Positions 38,476 through 53,216 of a DNA stretch of 64,000 bases are shown in pieces. The DNA lies in the NCBI GenBank assembly GCA_951406725.2, contig OX597822.1, forward strand, positions 8,618,001-8,682,000. The letters are read 5' to 3'. Position 1 is the stretch's first letter. The number at the start of each line of letters is the position of its first letter. Origin of the DNA: Octopus vulgaris. Lineage: Eukaryota. The position numbers were made by a program, and so were the translations under genes. A model generated the notes under the pieces. That model saw only the letters and a program-made list of their open reading frames with translations. It made no database searches and was not told the DNA's origin.

Positions 38476-39720
38476 CGATTACGTGTCGAATAGATCAATA
38501 TTCATTGATCTATAAAATTAAACTATTCGTCGATCTATCAAAATAAACTATCAAATTATGTAACGCATTTTTCTAAACTTACCGATATCAGCTGCGTAGC
38601 GGAAAGTTTCTTTAGCTGTTCAAACACATCTCATTGTGCGCTTGTTCTAAAATAGACGATAGTTGATTTTTGACTCAGTGAACTCCTTTGAATAATATTC
38701 GGTGTTTGGAGTAGATTACAATACAGTAAGAGTTATAATGCAACAATGAAACATAGAGGTAGGAGATGCTGTAATTTTTCATATTTCTTAATTTTGTTTA
38801 TTTGAAGCTTTGATTACTTACTGTAAAACCTAATTATATCGTGGTTGGTTTTTAAAAATACAATATGACAAAATGTACGAAATGACACTATATTCATTTT
38901 ATTTATTCCTCCCGAATTTCAAATTATAACACAAGGAATATATGATTTTCATACAAGGGCATTGTTCTTTTGATGCATTTTTTAAAAATAATATAAAGAT
39001 GATAAATAAAGAGAATAAAGGAGAATGGGGACAATCAGGTAGAAGAAAAGACTCTCCTTACCATTTCCTCAATGTGCTGCTTATAAATAATTTAATAGAT
39101 TGTTTATTTGTTTGTCCGTGATGGTGAAACACAGTATCGTAGAATTAGTTGTATACAATCTGACAGAATAGAAATATCAAATATCAAATAAATTCAATTA
39201 TGTAAACATAATGTTCACGTGTTTTACTTCGTTATACGAAAATGGATCTATCCAATCACACAATGTGTGTGTGTAGCCTGTCTATCTTTCTGTCTGTGTA
39301 TGTGAATGTGTAAGTTGATGTGCAAATTATCAGATAGAATTTATTGATTAATAAAATGTTTCTATTACAAATGTAAACATGTAATTTAGTTAGAAATCGC
39401 TCTTTCAAAATTGCTACGCAATTTTTGTGACAATGAAATAACATATAACTAAATTTCAGATGTAGCAAGACAATATAAAATGTATTTTTTCACATACGTA
39501 CCAGAATTCACTTTGTTCACAAGTATTTGAAAAAATAGCATTCATGTTAGATTTTGGTACATTTCAGTATACTTTCCATAAGACTTACATGTTGAAAAAC
39601 GTATTAAGTAATGCTATTCGGCTTTTGAAATGATGTAACAGCACATGCGCAACGAGCTGAAAATACTATCATAATTTTGCATAAATTACACACTGGCTTT
39701 TTTTAAAATGATAGGTTATA

Positions 39721-40049
39721 AACTGGCACGGCGTCGCTGACAACGACGAGGGTTCCAGTTGATCCGGTCAACGGAACGGCTTGCTTGCCAAATTAACGAG
39801 CATGTGGCTGAGCAGGTCCACTGGCACGTGTGCCATTAACGTATTTCTCACGAAGATTCAGCATGACACAGAGTGTACCAAGTCTGGCCCTTTGAAACAC
39901 AGGTACTTCTCATTTTTGCCAGCTTAGTTGCCTGGAGCAAAGTGAAATAAAGTGTCTTGCTCAAGGACACAATACGTCTCCAGGAATTGATAATCATAGT
40001 CTTACGATCGTAAGCCGAGTACCTTAATCACTAAGCCACGCACCTTCAT
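39721..40049 (-). mobile_element. tRNA-derived SINE (head B + tail X), 14-bp TSD
   Basis: Minus-strand head gaaggtgcgtggcttagtgattaaggtac.. with ttgtgtccttgagcaagacactt. The 3' half is homologous to the 29991 SINE tail. TSD aatga(t/a)aggttata lies at 39707-39720 and 40050-40063. Confidence 0.8.
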
Positions 40050-42539
40050 AATGAAAGGTTATACATGGCATATATAACGAGGTAATCAAAATAAAGGGAT
40101 GTGAAACTATGGATTATCGGTTTAATATTATCTGGGCACTTTTAAAACTAACACACTATTCGGAAACCCCAAGAATTTAAGTTAGAGTCCTTACATATTA
40201 TATGCTGCTTTTTATAGAAATCACATGGTATTCTAAGATTTTGTTTTCTCGCGACGTCCACGTGAATAATTAAACATTATTCTTCGTCCAGCCAATGAAT
40301 TAGCCTCTACACGGACGACTGATCTGCTTTTAACATGTGAATAATCTATCTTACTATACACGTCAAAATTTAAAAGCAAGAGACGCGCATAAAAATATCA
40401 AGTCCAATGTCCAAGGACATAAAATATGAAGATTATATTTCTCATGTGTCTCCTCGAATGTCTGCCCTGATGATGAACAACTATGCCTTAAACCAGTGGA
40501 ACAATACCGTTTTAGATTCACTCTGAGATACATAAATGAATTGTTTTCAATATGCTTTAAGGTGAATGCTTAAAATAAAAATTGATTTTAATTGTATGAA
40601 TTAGTTCATTTGTTTTAAAATTTGGCAATAAAGACATTTATCAACCTCTTGGAACATGTTAACCGCAACGAATTCGGATCATGTAATATCTGTATATATA
40701 TTACCAAATAGTGATCTTAATTAAAAACTAATGAGAACATGTTTTCAAATAGTGATTCGTAATTTCGTTAAATATCTGCTTTGCTCTGTTCATAGTTTGT
40801 ACAGATAACTTTTTGATATCTGTATCTAATTTCAGCTAGGTATTTGCAACATAAATGTGTGGGGAACTTAGTAGGGCATGATTTGCATATGAAGAATAAT
40901 AATTTATTATAGTGATCAACCTCATGCTATACACATTCATTTGCTTATTAGAATTTTCTATAGAAATCATTATTTCATACCTGGTGCCTCAATTAATATA
41001 TTTGCGAATTATTTCAATGAAATTCATCAATTGAAAAATAATGAAAGGATAAGAGTTTCATATTTTTTAAAATATAGAATCAGTGTTTCTGTTTAGAGGA
41101 GTGATTGAAATAAATCCATTTATATTTCTATAAACAGACTCTTTACTACTGAATGTTTCGTAAAAAAAACAACGACAAAGAACGAAAACTGGTTCAGAAA
41201 ACTATTGATACCCGGATGAATATATGAATTAATGTTATAATTTTACTTCTATAATTTCATTCAACGTCATTTACAAATTTAAAAAAAAGTATCTGTTGAA
41301 AAGATTAACTGTCTTTGAATTAATGTAATAATAACTTAACCTCTGCTTTTAATATTCAACGAAAATATGATATTAAACTATATGCAAATGTATGTTTGTT
41401 TTCACGAATACATCTGAAATTACAACTCCAATTATTTTCTCGAATTTATTTGAAATTAGTTATTTTCTGTGTTGTTTCTCATCAACATATTCTGATTTTA
41501 TTTAAAAAATAAACATTACAAAACAAACTGAAATAAGATATGTTCATGAGATAAGCCATAAGACAAGCTGTCAAAACGGAGAAATAGAGTTTTATTTCTT
41601 TACTATTTTAATTGTCACAGAGGTGGAAGAGTGTGAACTAGAAATCTTTGAATATACGAGAATTGAATACAGTAGAAACAAAGCGGAATGAAAAATAAAG
41701 AATTAGATGCAAATAAAGAGCAAATACGTCAGTAGCTGGAATGATAGTTGATATGGTGATTTTCATCCTGACTTGCGTATTTTTTTAGAAATTGTGTACG
41801 TTTCCTGTATGAGAACGAAATATATATTTATTGTGGCAAGAAATACATTGAAACGCAAAATATCTTTCTAAAATTGATATGCTTTCCTTGATTGTCCTCG
41901 ACAAAAATTAAGTATAAGATAATTGAATTGGTAAACAGTACAAAAAAATATAGATTTTAATCATATGTATACTGTTTAGAAATTGGAATCTAGATGCTAT
42001 AAAAGACATAAAAATCACGATAAAACTCCGATATATTTAACAAACTTTGCCTGAAATTATCAACCAATCTCATATCAACGCTCAACGTATTTTTACGAAC
42101 GAATCTGTACATTCAGCTATTTAATACATAGTCAATAAACAACGGCTAGTGTTGTAATTCCGATGAAGAAGACTAATAAGACGTTCGAACAACGTTGTCT
42201 TTCTTCTTTGTTTATTCGATTACATTTATTATGCGTTTTTGATATCGAAAATTTTAGAAACATTGAAACGCATCTCATTTGGTAGTCAATTCTGTTTTTC
42301 ATAAGTTGTGAGCAAACGATCAAAAGTGTATGGCAACCGGTATTTCTCTTAAATGCATTTCGTGCATTCTAAGTGTTATCTGACTTAATTTAGGTGTAAA
42401 ATTTGAAGACGAACCTTTTCAGGAAGAACATCCCTACAGATATATACCCTCATGCATGCATTCATAAATAGATTCTTACAAATCTGGGGTGCGCAATTGA
42501 AGAAGCATCAAATTTAAGCAGTCATATGTGTATCATATT

Positions 42540-43400
42540 TAATATATACACTGTTGACAGACATGGTCTTGTGATTCCTGCTCGAGATATAAGAAAAGTC
42601 TTATAGACACGGTGTGTTAAGAACAGATCCACAGTTTCTCTATCGAAGACTATTCTCCTGAAATAATTCACTAGTATAAGCAATCTCGATGTCAGAATTA
42701 TCATGAACACCAGAAAGACGATCCTGATTCACAACCATTTCTTATGAGTAAAAGTAAGGTGATCCACAAAACTAAGAAGGTGATCCACTATTCGACGTTT
42801 CTATCGTGAGATACCACGGAGCTGAGATCACCGGTCTCGTTTCTCTTCGATACCATCAACAAACGTACGCACCCAAATATCCATTGTCCTTGTAAAGAAC
42901 GAGGACATGGACATTTCAAGCTATGCCATGTACAACTTTAGGAAATACCTGATAAGAATATTCAAAGGATTTGACCATTCCAAAATAGTTATTATTAACT
43001 TCAGGAAGGTCGACTTACCAGACGTGACCCTAGAACAGAAAGCGCAAAACGGAACCTGTGCGGAGCCTCAGAAATAACTCCACTCGCACACGGTAATTAG
43101 AAACCGAGTTTTAGTCGTTAGAAGATAAATATCTAAGCTTTTCGACGATAGGGAGGTTTTCAATAAGAATGGATTTACCAGGAAGTTAGCATACATGGAG
43201 AACGCCCAATCTTCATTTCTACATCTGAAGAAGACCAGAAAGAGAAAGATGACAGTGCAACCCCCCATGTAACGGAACGTTTCCCCAGCTTACCTAGGAG
43301 TTTGCTGTCATTGATTGAGAAGTATTTCTCCAAGGGTTGCAAGTATATATAATTTCTTCAAACTTGTGCATGTTTGGTAATGCCCTACATTCGCCTCTGT
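42540..43400 (+). mobile_element. Heavily decayed Penelope-like RT fragment (same broad type as 11493-12897)
   Basis: DPLFDVSIVRYHGAEITGL (compare FDVTMGSYDGAE), KVDLPDVTL (compare VDFLDVTL), ISKL..DREVFNK, LLSLIEKYF. Confidence 0.6.
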
Positions 43401-43707
43401 AAACGTGGCATGTGTCCACTAATACATACACAAAAACACACTTACATACAGACAACTATGTATATATATATTTCTCCAATATTCGCTTTCCCCCTCTCCC
43501 AAACCCCACTCTGATGTCTCTGATTTCCTGACCCTAACGGCAGCACTGCTGAACTACTCTTTTATACATCTACAGCACTCGCACTTATAAATACCAAAAG
43601 CATGGATATATACTTACACACAATCCTCGCAAAAACACACCCATATATGTTCTTCCAAACAGCAAGCACAAAAAACAGTCATGCATTTATACTCAAACAA
43701 AAGAGCA

Positions 43708-43731
<24 letters not shown>

Positions 43732-43741
<10 letters not shown>

Positions 43742-44128
43742 AAAGTAAGGTTGTGTGCTGTCTGTCTCCTACGATTTAGATTCCTAACTACTCCCACATT
43801 TTGCGGTGCAGTTTAACCAAAACCGGGTATCTTATAGTCGTGATTCATATCGAGCCCTTCTGGGTATTAGCGCGCGTCTACGATGAGTCTACGATTTTAA
43901 AAATAATTTACCATCAGTTTTTCCATTTTAATGCATTTTGTCGCTATTATATAAGGGACGTAACTCTCTAAAAATGTCTACGATGAGTCAACAATTTAAA
44001 AAAAACTTTACCATCAATTTTTTCCCATTTTTAATGCATTTTTTTGCTATTTTTTGGCTATAACTCTCTAAAAATGCTTTATAGTTATTTCCCTTACAAA
44101 CCCGAGCAACGCCGGGCGATACTGTTAG
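43732..44128 (+). mobile_element. Non-autonomous Helitron-like element, family A (second copy)
   Basis: High identity to 19447-19843. It has the hairpin cccgagcaacgccggg and ends TTAG|t, inserted within (TA)n. Confidence 0.8.
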
Positions 44129-44745
44129 TATATATATATATATATATATATATATCAGTTCGGAGCAAATAATTAACGAAAAAGGAATTTGCAAAGATAT
44201 CATTGACTCTAATATTATCGAGAGTAACAATTTAAAAATGATAACAGAATCAAAAATATAGGCGATTGCAGCACCCCCACCAAAAAAAAACAAACACACA
44301 CACACTCATACATACATCCATAACACGTTCGCGCACGATCGGCCCTGCAGCAGGCATTGACGCACAAGTATTCGCACGTCCTAACACACACATAAATATA
44401 TATATACACATTCACTCATACAACCAATAACACGCCCACATCCACGTACTCATGCATCTGGTATATATGCACACACTTGCCGGCTTCACTTCTGTCGGTT
44501 TCCAAGTACATTGAAAGGCTTGCAGGACATCGACATTTCCCTTTCAGTCAAATGCTGATCTTACTTCTAACAACAGCATATGAACCGCCTTGGACCTCCA
44601 GAATTTGAAAGAGCTAAGATACTGTAAGGGAACATGCAAAATCTCAAGTCGCATGGCGCTGAATGATACTGCTCTACATAGTCATCATAAAATCCTCCCC
44701 CTCCTCCTCATCATCATCATTATAAAAAGTCTATTTTTTTTATTA

Positions 44746-44962
44746 TGGTGGAGGACTCGCAGAATCCTTAGCATGCTGGACGAAATGCTTAGTGGTATTT
44801 CGCCTCTCGCTATGTCCTGACTTCAAAATCCATCGAGCTCGACTTTGCCATTCATACTTTTGGGGTTGATAAATTTAAGTGCCAGTGAAACACTGGGTTG
44901 CTGTGATTGATTAGTCCCCTCCCTCAAAACTTGAGGCCTTCTGTCTTTAGTAGTAAGGAATA

Positions 44963-44965
<3 letters not shown>
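44746..44965 (+). mobile_element. Degenerate SINE (family of 31488-31726)
   Basis: gcagaatccttagcatgctggacgaaatgcttag..ctcgactttgccattcatacttttggggttgataaa. Confidence 0.75.
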
Positions 44966-45368
<403 letters not shown>

Positions 45369-46760
45369 AGTTTGACATTTGCTTTATATTTGTACAAGTT
45401 GGCTCCAAGTCTCACCCAGAGACCTCAAGAGACAACAGGTTGGAAGTTCGTGATGTTGCTATGCTTAGTGTGCCATATATTTGGTTTTGTATTTAGTGTT
45501 GTACTAGTGAATGTCTAAAAAAAACAAACGAAAATTATGTTTGCTTTAAAACTTGAGATTACATAGAATGTATTTTGCGTAGGATATGAGCGGTTCCCAT
45601 GAGCACTATCTTTTGAATTTCTGCTATTTTGGGGTTTCCTGGTATCTGAGTTTGGTAGCGATCAGCCTATTTGCATCTATCTTTCTGTCAGTTTGAATGG
45701 AGAAGTTCCAGAGGAGTGAGATGTGTCATTTTCAAGCACTGGAGTTGGTTTATGTTCCCAGCAGATTTTTTCATGGGGCAAATCCAGGTTTTTGCAGATT
45801 ACCCAGTGAATATATTGTTCAGCTCTATCATGCATGTTGAGATACTCTGTAGGCGCTAGAAGACTGCACTTGGAGACAACATGATCAATGGTTTCATTAT
45901 GTTGTTGACATACGCGACATGTTAGGCTACTGCCGTTCTTTAATATGTTGGCCTGGTAGTTCCTTGTTGGTAGGCATTGATCTTGAGCTGCTATGATAAA
46001 CCCTTCTGTTTCAGATTTTAAGCCAGAGGCCATTAGCCATTGATGGGTCAGGGCTTTGTCAACATTTGCATTATTCGCTCTCTCTTTGGGTATTTGCCAT
46101 AGAGAGGTTTTTCTTGCCATTTATCATTCAGAATATCTAAGGCAGCAGTTTTAGCACGGGTTTTCATGCGCTTAGCTTTTTCTGTGTTTGTTTCTTCTAT
46201 GTCTAATTCCGAAATTTGTTGTATTCGGAATTCACTTAGATATTCCTTTGCCTGTTTTGTTACTGAGTATGATGCTTTCTTGTTTTCATGTTTTGAGACA
46301 AATTTTAACATCCAGTCCTCAGTGTTTTTCAGGTAGGTGTCTAGGCCAATTGCAGCAATCTTCATCGTTAATGCCAGTTGTAAAAGTCCACGGCCTCCCT
46401 CTTTTCTTGGCAGATAAAGTCGTTCTATATCTGCCTTAGGGTGGTGTATTCTATGGATTGTCAACAGTTTTCGTATTTGTCTGTGAAAATTACAAATTTC
46501 AGTAATTGACCAGTTACCGACATTGAAACTGTAAGTCACGACTGGTATGGCTAAAGTATTGATCGCTTCGATCCTGTTTCTCGCATTCAGCTCTGTCTTG
46601 AGTATTGCTCTTACTCTGCGATAACATTCTCTCCTGATCCTTTCCTTCATCACTGAATGCCTTATTCCGTCCCCTTCAATTACCCCTAGGTACTTGTAGC
46701 TCTCCGCTGGGTTTAATTATTTTATGACATTCTGCTGGTCAAGGTTAACGTTAGATGTTT
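45369..46760 (-). mobile_element. Dong/R4-clade LINE, 5'-truncated, with an internal deletion of the RLE core
   Basis: YKYLG; ORF 46048-46653 (HHPKADIERLYLPRKEGGRGL); ORF 45677-46120 (ETEGFIIAAQDQ, CCHC finger CRVC..ETIDHVVSKC). LWNFSIQTDRKIDANR then jumps to IPGNPKIAEIQKIVLMGTAHILRK. The 3' end abuts (TAA)n. Confidence 0.9.
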
Positions 46761-46763
46761 CTG

Positions 46764-46985
46764 TCTTCTTCTTCTTCTTCTTCTTCTTATTATTATTATT
46801 ATTATTATTATTATTCTTATTATTCTTATTATTATTATTATTATTATTATTGTTATTATTATTATTATTATTATTGTTATTATTATTATTATTATTGTTA
46901 TTATTATTATTGTTGTTGTTCTTTTTGCGGTTGTCGTTGTTGTTGTCATTGTTTTTTATTGTTGTTGCAGTTGTCGTTGTTCTTG
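46764..46985. repeat. Compound (TTC)(TTA)(TTG) microsatellite
   Basis: Directly visible. Confidence 0.95.
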
Positions 46986-46988
46986 TTA

Positions 46989-47210
46989 GGGCGGCGAGCC
47001 GACAGAATCGTTAGCACGCCGGGCAGAAGGCTTAGCGGCATTTCGTCCGTCTTTACGTTTTGAGTTCAAATTCTGCCGTGGTCGACTTTGCCTTTCATTC
47101 ATTTGGAGTCGATAAAATACGAAAAAAGTTGAATACTGAGATCGATGTAATTGACATAGACCCTCCCCCAACGAATGTCAGACCTTGTGCCTATAGCTGA
47201 AAGGATTTTT
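46989..47210 (+). mobile_element. tRNA-derived SINE (family of 31488-31726)
   Basis: ggcggcgagccgacagaatcgttagcacgccggg..gagttcaaattctgccgtggtcgactttgcctttcatt. Confidence 0.85.
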
Positions 47211-47254
47211 ATTATTATATAACTGTTCAATATTTGGTAGACTGAGGCAAATTT

Positions 47255-47630
47255 CTACTGCATCACCTGCACGCTTCTCTGTTGTTGAGGCGTGTGCAGC
47301 ATTGCGTGTTCTTTTCTGCTATTCGGAGTATGCAAACTCTTCCTGGTACTGTATTGTGTTAGCTTTTGTTTTTCTTTGAGGTGTGGTGTAGTCTTTTGTT
47401 GTGTTACTGCTTGAATTGTGTGTTGAGTATGTAAAGGTTGGGTTTTTCTCACTTGCTGCTGGGAGTTTATTTCACTGGGTAAACGCTGCTTAGAATGTAT
47501 TTTTGTTTTGGTTGTATTATTTGATTGGCAGTGCCTTACGTAGGATGTGGGCTGTTTCTAGTGGAGCTATATTTTGCACAGTGTGTAGTTTTGAGGATCC
47601 AGGTATAGCTTCTACATTTTTGTTCATATG
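47255..47630 (-). mobile_element. 3' end of another Dong/R4-like LINE subfamily
   Basis: Minus strand reads PGSSKLHTVQNIAPLETAHILRKALPIK*, followed by a distinct 3' UTR. Confidence 0.65.
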
Positions 47631-48735
47631 AAGCTAGAAATAATAAATAGAAATAAATTAAACAAATACTATTAAAGTAATGTATTAGCGGCACAGTAAA
47701 GCAGAAATAGAACCTCTAACACTCATTTAAACATTTTGATGGCATGGTAATATAGAATTCCGTACATAAATGTGCAACAATACTTAACTTCCGTCTTCTT
47801 CGTAGCAATATTTGTAACGAACGAAGTATAACAAACAATTTGAAATGTTGCAAATCAGCATTAATTTCCTTTTGAATCTGATCAGCCTGGAAACATCCAA
47901 AATATTGTATTTACATTGTTGACAAGATATTATTTTTGTTATCCTTTACAGCTTCGATAAGTATATTAAGTCCGTTCCATGCATTATCCATGAGTTCCAA
48001 CATCTTGCGCTGGTAACTTTTTAGAACGTTATTACAGTTATCGGATTAGGATCAGAAATATTAAATCATTTGAATGCCAACATTTTCGAATTCTTTGATC
48101 ATTTCCACCCCAAGAAAATTATACGTTTATGAATATTGTCAATATATATTAATATTAATATCTTCTGAGGGTTAAATATTTGAAAGATCGGCGGAAACTG
48201 TCAGTGCAAATAGTAGGAAATGAATGCAGAAAAACATCGAGAATATTTGTTAATAAATATCACGCTGCAAGCCTTCCTAAATTTCATAAAGATTTCAAAT
48301 CTTATGTAATAGAAACACGAAATATTACGTAATCAACCGAGAGAGAGAGAGGACATTTTCTTAAAGCGATAATGACAATAGTATTAATAAAGAAAAACAA
48401 TAACTTGAATAGAAATGATGTAGTGTCAAACACAAGCATACAATACATTAACCAAAGAGAAATTTAATAAAATTTCTCCTTAACGAAAGAGTATGGAAGT
48501 TAACAGATTAAGTAAGGTATCTGCGCATGATGAAAACAAACGACGCTTAATGAAGACTATAGATTTTGTCAAACGTTTTAGAAGATGGATGTTAAGCAAT
48601 AAATTAATTGGTACTATTTCTAATATATAAAAGAGAACGAATAACATGGCTTCCTACACGTCATATATGCTACAGCCACAAATATTACTTGAGTACATTT
48701 GGCAAGACTTATGTTTATGACCATAGATAGATAGT

Positions 48736-48772
<37 letters not shown>

Positions 48773-49986
48773 AGACACAAAGGTACATATCTATACAAAA
48801 AGCTTCCACCTCCTGCGTTCAGTAACGTATGGCGTGGTCAGTATATCGATATTGACAGGACAGACCATGAGTCTATAACAAGCATTGGCGTATAATATGG
48901 CGATGGATTAAGCATATCTCATGACTATGATGCTCAAATTCCCGGTAAATTTAGGAAAAATCTCATATGCACTTAGTAATCTCATACATCTCTAAATTCG
49001 ACTTATTAGATTCTTACCAGGGCATAAGATTGTGTGTTTACGAGCTTCACCATGTACATAAGTGTTGTTTGTTATGGCGTTATGATATCAATAACTGAGA
49101 TCAATCAAATATTTCACCCACGACGAGAACACATGCAAATTGTTTCGTTGCAGCGGATTTCAAGATAGAATTTGGAATTCTGATATCTTTTACAAAGAAC
49201 TAAGAAAATATATATATAGACAGAGAGAGAGATACAAATATATGATATTAAGTATAATTTTGATATTTCCTGATGTTCATTTATACACGGGAATGAAATC
49301 TCATGTACGATACGGCAAAAGAAGCGGCAAAATAGTGAATGGTTGACTGTCTCAGACTTTACGTTGTGCAGAAATGTTAAACTCTAACCTGTTCTGTGTA
49401 TGATGTTGAAGACGCAACAAATGATACGTACTAAATCTCAATCTCGAAACATCTTGAAAATATTTCGTCGAAGAAGATATTTTTGACAACACAATGATAT
49501 TTGAGTATGTCAGGGAGAATAGATTTTAACGCTATTGGTCTCATCTGAATGTATCAGAACTGGGAAGACATTTACAATAGAATGTGGTGCAGGGAAATCT
49601 CTGTACCATGAATCATTGAATACATTTCATAGGAAGGGAGAAACTATTCATGAAATCAAAGCACACCTGTTGTTTCGTATATTCTGTAAAAGTAAGTTTA
49701 GATTTTCGTTGTTGTAATTTTACCCATTCATTAAAGGCAAAATATATTGTTCTTTTTTGTAGATCCATTGTTGTGTAACTGAATCGAGACGATACTTCTT
49801 CGTGCTGGATATATTTAGATCATATTGATAAACCTATGCATGATTATGGTTTTCAATTAAAAGTTATAACTAGATTTCTGTAGTTTATATTATATATAAT
49901 TATATCAATGATAATGATATTCCCTTTAACTCAAAATACAACACGATAAATCAACTATATATCACGGATGTTACAAGACTAGAATT

Positions 49987-50390
49987 AGGTGTGGTTGTGT
50001 GGTAAGAAGCTTGCTTCCCAACCACATGGTTTCAAGTTCAGTTCCACTTCGTTGTACATTGGGAAAGTGTCTTTTACTGTAAGCTAGGACTGATCAAAAC
50101 TTCATGGGTAGAGGGGAACTGAAAGAATCCCGTCATGTATATATATGTATATATATTTATTAGTATGTGTCTGTGTCTATGTTTGATCCCACACCATCGT
50201 TTAACAACCGATATTGGTACGTTTAAGTCTCCGCAACTTAGCGGTTCGGTAAAGAGAACGATAAAAAAGTACTAGACTTACAAAGAATAAGTCCTGGGGT
50301 CGATTTCGACTAAAGCCTCTTAAGGTGGTGTTTCAGCATGGCCGCAGACAAATGAATGAAACGTGTAAAAGAATTAAAGAATAAAAGAAT
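49987..50390 (+). mobile_element. tRNA-derived SINE (family of 38067-38475)
   Basis: gtggttgtgtggtaagaagcttgcttcccaaccacatgg..aacttagcggttcggtaaa..ggggtcgatt..gactaaa..aaaagaat tail. Confidence 0.85.
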
Positions 50391-52661
50391 TACGTCTGAT
50401 CTCTATAAGTATCCAAACAAGTTTCTGCCTTAATTGTTGTAAGCAAACGACGAGGAATTTTGAAACAAGCAAGATTCTGGAAAATGTTTACTCGACAAAT
50501 GATGAGTGACCTGAAATTACTCAATGATTTTCATAATGAGAATTTAATTTTCTTTTTGTGTGCGTTTATGTGTTTGTGTATGAGTGCGTTTGCATATCCA
50601 TCTACTCTGTCCACTCTTTCCTTTGTATGCAGAAATTAGTGTTATCCACTGCTAAATACCTCGATCTTGTTTTTAATATTCTAGCCTTCTCCCTGCCTCT
50701 CATCGAAATATTTGTGGTCTCCAGTTTTCTTCTGTCTTTCTGTCGCATCTTATTGTTTTCATCTGCCTTCCATTGTATTCCCTTCCATATCTTTAGACTA
50801 ACACTATGCATACGCCTTTCATCTCCCTGCTTCGTTTTCAATTTTTCTCCTGCTGCTTTTAATTTCTCCTCTTCTCCATCTGTATGCTAATCTTATCGGT
50901 ATCTCTTACTCTCACACTCGCTCTCTCATAGTATCATATCATCTATTTCCCCATGTCTGTTTCCTTTCCATTTTCCACAGTTTGGTGCGCCTCTTTTAAA
51001 GTAACTTTAATTAAATTCAGCATGAAATCACCATGTACTGAGAGCGTGTTCAAATCAAGTCACGACCAAATATAATATTCCTTTCAATGGCGATCTGAAG
51101 GTTAAGAAAAACACAATTATAAAAGCTAATAGAAAGTAGGTGATTTTTGATATAAAACAAATTCCTTAGTACGGAAAAGTCACAAGTGATCTTGCAAATA
51201 TAACCTCTCAGCACATAATTCGAGTGCAAGCGGATATGAAAATGTTAGCAACAAGAAAAGAGCGGAGGTAAATAGATACTTACGCAATCGTAAAATAGAA
51301 AGTGTGAGGAAACTCTAAAGACATGATGCGTCCTAAGGTCTGCATTCTTCAAAATCTGTTTCATACCTAGTACTTTATGCTAATCATTTCATAGTTAATA
51401 GAAATTACTTTACTTACCTGCATCGAAATCAAATACCTTTCTTCGACTTCTTAGTCTGAAAGTTCGTGCAACATGCGAAAGTCCGTGTAACATGAGATGT
51501 ACGTATTTAACAGATGAAATTAATAAAGCTTTAACTGAAAGAATGTGGGACCAGCATTGGCATCAATCATCATGGTAGCCATCTATAAATGTCTGAATGA
51601 TTACAATATGCGATGGTATAACTTCTGACGACTCGGTTAATTCGGTTGTCCAGAAATATTCACATCTTCTACGTGCTACTAAAAAACGGTTCAACATCAC
51701 AATGAAATCCTTTCACAGCCAGGGTCCTCTACTTCAGCCGAAGAAACGTGATGGGTTTTAATACTAATTGACAAATATTTGGGCTGGTCACAACATGAAT
51801 ATCATTGAATAGTAAAAACTGGATTGCCATAAACATTCATTCTATTTCTATCGGCGGAGTTTTATAACTTTAGAAACATATAATTCACTCTTTAATATTC
51901 ATAAAACCCAGTTGTTTATTAGTAGCAATGTTGTCATAAGGAATTCAGTTTACATCGAAAAGAAACGCATGAAAGGGTTTTCAAGTTGTTCTGTCAAGGA
52001 TACGCAGCCATTAAGTTGATCCTACCCGAGCATGTAAAATGATCTGAGAAAACATTCGAGACACGTGACAGAATATTCCTGCACTTGCGTGAAAACAGAT
52101 TTGAAATAGGATTTCTTAGCTGGTGACGTTTATCTTACGTTGTCCTTCATTCCAAAACGAACAAAACCCGAAGACAATTAGGTGTATTTCGAAATATAGA
52201 TTTATATCTATGTTATAATGCGAGGTTCACATCTTCAAGCCGTCAGTCTTATTCCATATAATTGTCGACCTATTTTGGAAAACATTGTTAAGATTTTGAG
52301 AGGAAATATTTCGTTCCGAAAGTTGTGGGACCACTAACCCAACCGTTAAAACAGTATCTGAAATGACAGGACTGGTAGTCTACCTGCGAACATCAGTACA
52401 TAATACACAAGTAATTGAGAAAGAATTAGACATCGCTCGAACATGTTATAGTCAATGACAAATAAAAACGAACACGATTGCGCTTAATTAATATAGTGGT
52501 GTGAACAATTTTGTAACGTTAAATTATAGATTAGGGAAGATAGTCTAGTAAAACATTTAAGTGTAATTCGGCAAGAGATTGGGTGGTACAGAAACGATTG
52601 TAAATAATAATAAAGTTGTTCTGTATGCCTATATGTCTTATTTAAAAGAGTTATATTATAC

Positions 52662-52701
<40 letters not shown>

Positions 52702-52704
<3 letters not shown>

Positions 52705-53078
52705 ATATATAAACGGCAGTTTGTCTGTGCGTTTTCTGTGTGTCTGTTTTCTCGTACCCTCACCCTGACCACGGCTTTCAACCAATTCTGATGAAACTTG
52801 ACACACACATAGCCCAATGTCATAATTCAAAACTAACGCAGCGAAAATTTTGAAAAGTTCCCCCAGTTCTGAAAAAAATCGATAAATTCAACATGGGGTC
52901 GAGAATCAGAGACCCAAACCACAGACCGTCTAGGGGACGCAACTCCACCTTTTTTAACTCTCAAAAAAATTTACCATCATTTTTTTTCCATTTTTTGCTA
53001 TTTTTTGGCTATAACTCTCTAAAAATGCTTTATAGTTATTTCCTTACAAACCTGAGCAACGCCGGGCGATACTGCTAG
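52702..53078 (+). mobile_element. Non-autonomous Helitron-like element, family B (3' module shared with family A)
   Basis: a|TCTATATATAAAC start. The last ~115 bp are nearly identical to the ends of the 19447 and 43732 elements, including the hairpin and CTAG|t. Confidence 0.75.
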
Positions 53079-53163
53079 TATATATATACATATATATATA
53101 TACATCACACACACACACATATATATTTTTATATATGTATATGTTTGTATATGTATATATATG

Positions 53164-53216
<53 letters not shown>

